Assembly: GCA_963669175.1 (NCBI GenBank)
Contig: OY769902.1
Coordinates: 3,744,001-3,808,000, forward strand
From: a bacterium
GTDB taxonomy: Bacteria > Electryoneota > Electryoneia > Electryoneales > Electryoneaceae
Length of the DNA stretch: 64,000 nucleotides
Direction: 5' to 3'
In this document: in pieces, positions 8,401 to 15,582 of the stretch
How the letters are laid out: every line of letters starts with the position of its first letter
Position numbering within the stretch: position 1 is the stretch's first letter
The notes under the pieces: generated by a model
Told to the model about the DNA's origin: nothing
Databases searched by the model: none
Seen by the model: the letters and a program-made list of their open reading frames with translations, nothing else
Program-made: the position numbers and the translations under genes

Positions 8401-9226
8401 CGACGCCTCCTCCAGCGGACTCTTTTTTTTCTCCCGCCACCGGATACAACGCCCGTAACTGGTCCAACAGTTCCGAATAAATCGACGGCCATAGATCACC
8501 GTCACGATACTTCTCGAATAATGCAAGATACTCCTCGGCCAGGCGTGGACTAATCTGAAGCAAATGGCACAAGTCCAACGGCTTTGTAAACCCTTTCTCG
8601 ATCAGCAACAACATCCGGCCGAACATGGTCACATACCGACGGATCGCCGCCGCGCTGTGCCGTGTCCGACGCATGATCGTATCGTACGTAAAACCGTTCA
8701 GGTATAACTCCACGATCCGAGACTTGTGCGAGCCCCCCCGTCCGATGTCATGGTCATACCCGCGTGTATGAACGGTCTGACCATCACGAATCAGCGCCTT
8801 TACATCGTTACGGATCGTTCGCACCGACACATGAAGCAGATACGCCAGATCCTCCTGGGTCAGCAACCCGCCCTGTTGGTACGCTTCTTCCGTGACACGC
8901 AATACACGCAGTTGACGCAGAGCCGACGAACCCTGATCCTGAAGAACAGCCATATCGTCGCTGCCGTCCACCAGGGTCAGCACCACACGCTTCTTCTCCT
9001 GCTCCGACAAAGGAAGCCCGTGGCGAGCACGCCGCGAAGCACACCAAAAAAGAAGCTTGCCCGGGGTCTGCGGAATCTCTCCAAACAGACACTCACGGGC
9101 AAGCTCTAAAATCCCTTTGCCAAGCGCCGGTGACAGTTCAAACTCGTCACGCAGACGACTGCGAAACACCCCCTCTGGCGTCTTCGACAAAACACCTTCA
9201 GGTACTGCTTGGACCAATTGGACCAT
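8390..9226 (-). CDS. DUF1670-like HTH protein (first gene)
   Basis: EEAYQQGGLLTQEDLAYLLHVSVRTIR.D, TRG..HDIG.G.SHK and HS..AI.RY motifs. ATG at 9226 follows GGAGG. Confidence 0.8.
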   Translation of the reverse strand: MVQLVQAVPEGVLSKTPEGVFRSRLRDEFELSPALGKGILELARECLFGEIPQTPGKLLFWCASRRARHGLPLSEQEKKRVVLTLVDGSDDMAVLQDQGSSALRQLRVLRVTEEAYQQGGLLTQEDLAYLLHVSVRTIRNDVKALIRDGQTVHTRGYDHDIGRGGSHKSRIVELYLNGFTYDTIMRRTRHSAAAIRRYVTMFGRMLLLIEKGFTKPLDLCHLLQISPRLAEEYLALFEKYRDGDLWPSIYSELLDQLRALYPVAGEKKESAGGGVDAT

Positions 9227-9324
9227 CGCATCCTCCGATAGATGATGACCCGTATCCCTTTGCGATAACATAACCTGAAAACCGCACCAGAAGACAGATC
9301 TAACCACCTACCGGAATATTTTCC

Positions 9325-12300
9325 TTATTTCACCAGGATCATCTTCTGAACCAGTTGTTTCCCGTCTCCTTCCAGCCTGTAGAAGTACGTTCCGGAAGCA
9401 ACTGCGCGTCCATGTGTATCCATCCCGTTCCAGGTTACCACATGGCGTCCGGCATCCTTCACGCCATCAACCAGTTTAACCACCTGGCGCCCCAGCACAT
9501 CATACACGGTCAAGGTCACCGGCATGCGCTGATCCAGTGAGAAACCGATCTGTGTGGACGGGTTGAACGGGTTCGGATATGCTGGCGACAGGGACCATTC
9601 GGTTGGGTGAAGTTGCCTTAAATCGTTCACACCAATCCCAGTGATCTCAATGTGCTGTGCATAGATATTTCTTAAGAATTCAGTATCAGTTGACCGATAG
9701 TCTTCCCATACACAGATAGCCCCATTCGCAGTAGTCGGAGTAATCATAGCATTTACTTGCATTTGGTAAGCCTGCGTTAAAGGCACACCATCGTATTCCG
9801 GTATTCCTTCGACCGGTACTCCTTCCGCATCCAGTTCTGTGCAGTAAAGATCAATAAAGTTGCTTCCAAACACTGATTCCCAAACAAGATAGACACCACC
9901 ATTGCAATCAGCGCTCAGCCTGGATTTTCTGCTATCTGAAAGATCCCGGGTAATCTGAATTCCTGTTTCAGGAACAAGTACAGGAGTTCCATCAAGATCG
10001 TACTTCTGAATGTAGATATCGGCGGAGTTATCCCTGTTTTCGTGCAGCCAGGAAACCCAGAATGATGATCCATCATTCGTCGTAATGCTGTTTATTCGTT
10101 GTCTGTCTTCAACATCTACCAGGGGTATGCCGTTTTCCTCCCAAGCGATTGTACCATCAGAATGAATCAATTGACCGTAAATATCACTATTGCTGTTACC
10201 ATTGCGATTATCAAGCCATGCGATGACTATACCATTTTCCACCTTCACCATAAACGGATATCTACGTCCTTGCTCACCGGAACAGATTGGAGTTTGCCAG
10301 CGAATGGTCCCGTCCTGCGACACACCACTCATATAGATATCACTTGTCCCCGGACCTGAATCTCTACTATATAGAATACCAATTGTTGCGTCAGTGGGTT
10401 CCTGATCTCCGTCTTCAAAGAAGACAATATCATCAAGAGTCTCATCCTCCTCAATTCCTTCGTTCAGGATGATACCTCGTCCGTCTTCACCTTCGAATTG
10501 CATCGAGCCATCAGTGTCTATTTTTTGAAGAAATACATGCTGATAATAGTTTGCTTCGTATTCACCTGTGAACGCGACAAAGATACCACCGTCCGGGGCG
10601 AGTAGCATTGTTGGCGTATAGGTCCCGAAGAAGTCAACTGTTGGGATAACAAGACCTTCGTCACCCCAATCCAGGGTCCCATCGGATAGAATATGTTGAA
10701 AACCAGTTGTTTGGCTATATAGAGGACGCGAATCTTTCCAACCGAGATAAATCCCTCCTTCACCATCGGGAATCATTGTCAATGAGTCGGTTAAGACACT
10801 TTCTTCTGGTGGTCCTTCCGGCAACGGGAAATGCGGTAGGGCACTGATTCCGTTTGCCTCAAACGCAGGCTGCCCGGTTGAGATATCCAGCTTTTGGACA
10901 AAGGGCAGACGGCCATAATGGCGGTACCTGTTATCAATCCACGCAAACCATACTTCTTCAGGATTACTGTGATTAACAGCAATGGCAGAACTAGTTGCAT
11001 TCCCACTTAAACCGGAATAGACTACTACTCCTTCGTCTTCCATCTGAATAGCGCCTGTTTCGAGGTCATGCCTTTGGAGAAATGCTCCCATACTACCTTG
11101 CCGCCATTCTTGCCAAAGAACAATAACGTCTTCGCCAACCTGATGCACTCTGTTCATTTCATAATAGTTGTATGCAGTGTATGCACTGGTTTCTATTCCT
11201 CCTTCAGCACCCCAGTCAGATGTTCCATCCTCGTTGATACGTTGTGTATAGACGTTATACTCATGACTTCTTCCTTCACGACCATCCAGCCAGGTGAAGA
11301 TTGCGCCGCCATTCCCATCAGCTATCCCCTTGATATTATTCTGACTTCCTATTTCATCACATATGGCAATGCCATATTGCTCTTCACCTTCCTCCCCCCA
11401 TTCAAGGACGGGTTGATTTTCTTCATCCATGGTAATTCTCTGCATGTACAAATCCGTGCCGCTTGGCCACTCATAGGTATGGCAGTGCTCCCATGCTAGA
11501 ATGAGTTCACCTTCACCAGCCTGAACCATTGCCTGTCTAGCAACAGAATAGTATTCAAAGCCAGGTTCATGCGGGAATAACTGGAGCCCATTATCATCCC
11601 AATCACTATTTCCATCTGCAGTTACGTGTGCAATCCTGAGCACTGCAGCAACTGAAAGCTGTTCATCATCAATCGCAACTTCTCCATTCCAACTGAAATA
11701 CGCTCCCCCGGCCCCATCAGGTACTGCTCTGATCCATCGTGCATAGTCAACGTCAGTGTCAAGCGCAACCCCGGATGAAGCCCCCCATGCCAGCTCACCT
11801 TCGGTTGAAATCCTGTTCATGTAGATATCATATTCATTTATATCTCTTGTATCGACCCACCCAGCAATTATTCCGCCGTTCCCATCAGGAACAGCACTAT
11901 AACTCTGCGTCCAGATTTCGCCCTGATCCTGATCGCCATCAGCAAAAGGATTACCATTGAGCGTCCAGTTGCCATCCGGAGTGCCATCAGCAAGAATATG
12001 CATCGCATACAGATCGCTATCCAGATTTCTGTCGGTGACCCAAATGACCATTGCCCCACCATCACCGTCATCAAACGCGCATGGATACATTTCCGTTGCA
12101 TTTTCAGTTACTGTAACAGCGACACCGCCATAGTCCGGACTGTTCTCCGGCCATTGGATATCACCTGCACTTGTCACTTTCTGCGCGAAAATATCACTTC
12201 GCTCCAGGATTTGAGAATCATTCCTGAAATCAACCCAGGTAATGATCCAGGTACCATCACTGGCTGCCATGACATAGGGTGACTCCTGGCGACTTCCGGC

Positions 12301-12588
12301 ACCCCGGGCAATTAACAACCCGTTTTCAGCCCATTGTGGTTGCCCCTCTTCATTATAAAGCTGGGCATAAATGTCGTTGTCACCTGTTCTGCAGTCACTC
12401 CAGGCATAGAGAATAAAGTCGCCGTTTACGGCTGAGCAGGACGATGTCCTGCCGTTAGTTGCCATTTCATCGCCCTGACGAATGGGCACACCGTCTTCCG
12501 GCTCCCACAACCGATAGGCAAACGCTGACTGGGAAAGGATTGCGATGGAAATCGCGAGGAAAAGGATGCGAGCAGTTCTGGTAATCAT
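9325..12588 (-). CDS. large secreted repeat protein (probable beta-propeller) with T9SS/FlgD-type C-terminal domain
   Basis: Signal peptide, many DG.GG...W.D.R...DIY.Q repeats, C-terminal YPNPFNP...WNG.D..G..VASGTYF. Confidence 0.85.
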   Translation of the reverse strand: MITRTARILFLAISIAILSQSAFAYRLWEPEDGVPIRQGDEMATNGRTSSCSAVNGDFILYAWSDCRTGDNDIYAQLYNEEGQPQWAENGLLIARGAGSRQESPYVMAASDGTWIITWVDFRNDSQILERSDIFAQKVTSAGDIQWPENSPDYGGVAVTVTENATEMYPCAFDDGDGGAMVIWVTDRNLDSDLYAMHILADGTPDGNWTLNGNPFADGDQDQGEIWTQSYSAVPDGNGGIIAGWVDTRDINEYDIYMNRISTEGELAWGASSGVALDTDVDYARWIRAVPDGAGGAYFSWNGEVAIDDEQLSVAAVLRIAHVTADGNSDWDDNGLQLFPHEPGFEYYSVARQAMVQAGEGELILAWEHCHTYEWPSGTDLYMQRITMDEENQPVLEWGEEGEEQYGIAICDEIGSQNNIKGIADGNGGAIFTWLDGREGRSHEYNVYTQRINEDGTSDWGAEGGIETSAYTAYNYYEMNRVHQVGEDVIVLWQEWRQGSMGAFLQRHDLETGAIQMEDEGVVVYSGLSGNATSSAIAVNHSNPEEVWFAWIDNRYRHYGRLPFVQKLDISTGQPAFEANGISALPHFPLPEGPPEESVLTDSLTMIPDGEGGIYLGWKDSRPLYSQTTGFQHILSDGTLDWGDEGLVIPTVDFFGTYTPTMLLAPDGGIFVAFTGEYEANYYQHVFLQKIDTDGSMQFEGEDGRGIILNEGIEEDETLDDIVFFEDGDQEPTDATIGILYSRDSGPGTSDIYMSGVSQDGTIRWQTPICSGEQGRRYPFMVKVENGIVIAWLDNRNGNSNSDIYGQLIHSDGTIAWEENGIPLVDVEDRQRINSITTNDGSSFWVSWLHENRDNSADIYIQKYDLDGTPVLVPETGIQITRDLSDSRKSRLSADCNGGVYLVWESVFGSNFIDLYCTELDAEGVPVEGIPEYDGVPLTQAYQMQVNAMITPTTANGAICVWEDYRSTDTEFLRNIYAQHIEITGIGVNDLRQLHPTEWSLSPAYPNPFNPSTQIGFSLDQRMPVTLTVYDVLGRQVVKLVDGVKDAGRHVVTWNGMDTHGRAVASGTYFYRLEGDGKQLVQKMILVK

Positions 12589-12723
12589 AACACCTCCCCC
12601 GGTAAAGAATCATCCGGAAGGAAAAGCGCCTTTGGATCATGTTACAAGGGGCTTTTCCCTTCGCATATAAAGCGGAATTAGCATACTTTCAATTATAAAA
12701 GTAGATAGACATCACGAAATTCC

Positions 12724-12739
12724 TGTGACAAATCTCACA
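12724..12739. promoter_or_regulatory. TGTGA-N6-TCACA palindrome (CRP/FNR- or Rex-like operator)
   Basis: TGTGACAAATCTCACA about 135 bp upstream of the 1087-aa gene. Confidence 0.45.
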
Positions 12740-12745
12740 CGACAT

Positions 12746-12813
12746 AAAAAACTGAAAGGCAATGATGAATCGGAGCCGCCGTTGAGCTCTCGACTCTTCA
12801 CTGCCTTTTTTCA
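12746..12813 (-). terminator. long imperfect hairpin with T-tract
   Basis: GAAAGGCAATGA...TCACTGCCTTT stem downstream of 12898..13650, followed by a T run on the minus strand. Confidence 0.5.
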
Positions 12814-12897
12814 GAATAAAAAACCAGCTTTGCAGCTTGAATCAACTTCTTGAAGCTTCAGTACTTCTATATCTGAATCACTTCACAATAGCCCAAA

Positions 12898-13650
12898 TCA
12901 ATAATGTTTACCGAAACCAATAACCAATCCCATTGTGGCATGGTAATCTTCACTGTATATCCCGCCATTGGCCTGAAACCCCAGGCTGATAGCACGCAGC
13001 TTGATAAAGCTGAGCGACATTTCCACGGCCAGCTCAGGGCTCTGTGTGTTCTCGACTTCATCATAGGATCTTCCGTGATAAATTTGCTCTTCATACTTAT
13101 ACCACCCAACCCCGATCGCCATTCCTACCCTGACCAAGTGATAAGGATCAGTGACCTGCTTCCCGATCAAAAAGGCAAATTCATCGCTACGTTTTTTGAT
13201 ATCTCCTTCTTTTATCTCACCCCACAAAGGCATATTGCCATACCTGTAGCGCACCAGGTACTGGGTTTTGTTTCTGAAATACGTGAGGCCACCACCGACC
13301 TCAAGACCAACAGTTCCACCGCCCACATGCGCATCCAACGTCAACCCTTTTACACCGAGGTCAACGCCGCCTGGATCCTTAACCGGGAATAGTCTTTCCA
13401 TGAAACGAAAAAATGCGGGTGGATGAGATGCGTGATCCTGTGGTAAGGATGTGTTAATCTCTGACTGCGCATCGTTTGGAGGAGAGATACTGTCATCACC
13501 AGGTGAATCGGGACTAGCTTCCGGATCGGCTGCATATGCCAGCGTCGAATCAGGTACCAATTCTTCTTCCCCTGCAAACGCTATCAAAACACTTCCATAG
13601 AGCAGGATCAGAAGTACGAGAAAACCGTGCAGCGCTATCTTCATATTCAT
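12898..13650 (-). CDS. hypothetical protein, probable small outer-membrane beta-barrel
   Basis: Signal peptide, disordered linker, then Gly/aromatic alternating strands. Confidence 0.65.
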   Translation of the reverse strand: MNMKIALHGFLVLLILLYGSVLIAFAGEEELVPDSTLAYAADPEASPDSPGDDSISPPNDAQSEINTSLPQDHASHPPAFFRFMERLFPVKDPGGVDLGVKGLTLDAHVGGGTVGLEVGGGLTYFRNKTQYLVRYRYGNMPLWGEIKEGDIKKRSDEFAFLIGKQVTDPYHLVRVGMAIGVGWYKYEEQIYHGRSYDEVENTQSPELAVEMSLSFIKLRAISLGFQANGGIYSEDYHATMGLVIGFGKHY

Positions 13651-13780
13651 TGTGGTATCTCCGGCTGTGTTCGTATAAAGCTAAACACGTTTTTACGATT
13701 GCACAAATCATTGATTGCTGAAAGAGAAAAAAAACTCACACGTCAAGCAAACGGGTATGCTCCATCTTCACCTTGTAACG

Positions 13781-14118
13781 AAAAGAAGTGGTTCCTCAGA
13801 AGAATTTGTGCATCCGGGCAATGTTGTGGCAGGTCTTGACGCGACATTCTGTTTTCGGCTTTCGCTATTTTTTTCTAAATGCACGGTGATACCGAAACCA
13901 CCTCTTCACCTTTCATTGTCGCGTTGTGACCTGCCACCGGTATCAGCACTCTTGCTGTCGTCAGGTCACAACGTGATGCCTGATGACGATCTTTCATGCG
14001 ATGTGGCAGGTGTGAAGTAAGACAGATGTCTGCAATTGGAAAGTAGAACATCACGTCAAGACCTGACGAAACGTGCTCGTCGATAATAGTCATAAATTCT
14101 TGTGAGCAGCCAAAAAAG
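13781..14118. repeat. four-site palindromic MITE/REPIN-like element, copy 1
   Basis: Terminal inverted repeat AGAATTT...AAATTCT and four CAGGTC-NNN-ACGYG sites in alternating orientation. Homologous to 20705..21029. Confidence 0.8.
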
Positions 14119-14955
14119 TTATGGTTTCGCCACCGCAGCGAGTTCAATGGAAGTCGGGTCATAATCAGCGCCACCCAGGTCACCTTGTATACCCAGTACT
14201 TTAAACCCCGCCTCTTCCAGTTCAGCGGTCAACGACTGCGGATTGAAGTATTTTAACCAATTATAGATCACACGTGTTCTATCCGGTTCAATAATGGTGT
14301 ACTTATCAAGGGTAACTCGCTCATCTTTGTAAAGGAAACCATTCAGGAACAGGTAGTGCGCTCCACCAGCCCAGAAGCCATTGCCGGGAATAAACTCGTA
14401 GGTCCGCTTCTCCTCCGCAGCGTCAAACATGGCATCAGAGAAAACATCCAGGATAAAATGACCTTCAGGTTTAAGCAGATCATGAATCTTTTTCAGCATC
14501 AGCTTGCGCTGTTCAGATGTCAACGCGCACAAATCATAGTAGATCAACGATGCCAGGTCATATTTCTGCTCCGCTTCCCAAGTAAGGTAATCACGGTGCA
14601 GGTAGTGGATCGAAAGGCCTTCCGCTTCTGCCTGAGCACGTGCGTAACGAATGGAATTTTCCGAGAAATCGATACCGGTTACTTTTGCGCCTGCCCTGGC
14701 CAGATACGTACTGTACAACCCCGGACCACATCCCAGGTCGAGAACATCACTTTCAGCCCCAATCGAAAACCGTTGGATAATAGTCGAGCAAATCGCTTCT
14801 ATCTTTGCTTTGCTGCGTGATGCGATATCTCCATCGGGATCGACATGATACTCCAGCATTCGCTGTGCGATGTACTCATCGGTCCACAGTCCATCAGCGG
14901 TATAGACCTCGTAAAGCTCTGGTCGACGGTTGATTTCGGTCAGTTCTGCGAACAT
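14119..14955 (-). CDS. class I SAM-dependent methyltransferase
   Basis: VLDLGCGPG motif I, VTGIDFS, LKPEGHFILD. Confidence 0.9.
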   Translation of the reverse strand: MFAELTEINRRPELYEVYTADGLWTDEYIAQRMLEYHVDPDGDIASRSKAKIEAICSTIIQRFSIGAESDVLDLGCGPGLYSTYLARAGAKVTGIDFSENSIRYARAQAEAEGLSIHYLHRDYLTWEAEQKYDLASLIYYDLCALTSEQRKLMLKKIHDLLKPEGHFILDVFSDAMFDAAEEKRTYEFIPGNGFWAGGAHYLFLNGFLYKDERVTLDKYTIIEPDRTRVIYNWLKYFNPQSLTAELEEAGFKVLGIQGDLGGADYDPTSIELAAVAKP

Positions 14956-14970
14956 ATTTGCTCCCTGTTT

Positions 14971-15057
14971 TCAGCGTTTGGAAAAAGCAATTGATCTTTT
15001 TACAACACATGTTTTCTGGTGACGGGAAATATAGGCCGTAACAAATTTGTATGCCAT
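14971..15057 (-). CDS. putative 28-aa leader peptide or small ORF
   Basis: AGGAGG SD 9 nt before ATG; MAYKFVTAYISRHQKTCVVKRSIAFSKR. Confidence 0.35.
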   Translation of the reverse strand: MAYKFVTAYISRHQKTCVVKRSIAFSKR

Positions 15058-15246
15058 TAGCTCTTGCCTCCTGGTAAATATCCGGCCACCCTGGGCTATT
15101 TCACGAATTGGCCGCACAACTGGCAGTGTCTCCATCCGAGTCAAAATTTGAACTTCTATTTGTTTTCTTTCAGAACGGTACTATATTTACAACTTAATCG
15201 AGCCTGAGAGTTGGTTCGTACTATCTTTTTTTTTAGGAGCAGTTTG

Positions 15247-15447
15247 ATGCACGGCAAAGTGAAGTGGTTTGACAGCGGTAAGGGTTTCGGATTTATCGAG
15301 CCCGATGAAGGTTCCGACGTGTTTGTACATTACAGTGCAATCCAGGGCGACGGCTTCAAAACTTTGAACGACGACGATGAAGTAGAGTTTGAAGTCATGC
15401 AAGGTCCGAAGGGCCCGTCCGCTTCAAACGTGAGGCGCGTGAACTAG
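15247..15447 (+). CDS. cspA: cold-shock protein
   Basis: GKVKWF...KGFGFI...DVFVHYSAI; 66 aa; AGGAG SD. Confidence 0.95.
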   Translation: MHGKVKWFDSGKGFGFIEPDEGSDVFVHYSAIQGDGFKTLNDDDEVEFEVMQGPKGPSASNVRRVN

Positions 15448-15475
15448 TAGAGTTTTCTATACTAGAAGTGACCTT

Positions 15476-15504
15476 AAACGCCCGGACTTCCAGCCGGGCG
15501 TTTT
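15476..15504 (+). terminator. intrinsic terminator
   Basis: AAACGCCCGG...CCGGGCGTTTT. Confidence 0.8.
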
Positions 15505-15518
15505 CATGTTTGGTGACG

Positions 15519-15554
15519 AAAACCGGGACTGAATAATAGAGTTCAGTCCCGGTT
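15519..15554 (-). terminator. intrinsic terminator of the 1679-aa gene
   Basis: AAAACCGGGACTGAA...TTCAGTCCCGGTT. Confidence 0.75.
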
Positions 15555-15582
15555 AGTATTTCTGGTGGATTATCTTCCCGAA

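Larger units (their letters stand above)
7535..9324 (-). mobile_element. candidate IS-like element with terminal inverted repeats and two DUF1670-like genes
   Basis: GGCAAATATTCCGGTAGGT (7535-7553) versus ACCTACCGGAATATTTTCC (9306-9324): 18/19 inverted match tightly enclosing two paralogous ORFs. Confidence 0.7.

Noticed and set aside
8401-8526. Long N-terminal extension of DUF1670 gene 2 given in the ORF track
   Set aside because: It overlaps gene 1, and a strong SD supports ATG 8400.
9227-9307. Upstream GTG start for DUF1670 gene 1
   Set aside because: It lies at the edge of the inverted repeat, and GGAGG supports ATG 9226.
13781-14118. Integron attC sites
   Set aside because: Hairpins follow a stop codon, but I could not find RYYYAAC/GTTRRRY boxes and there is no integrase here.
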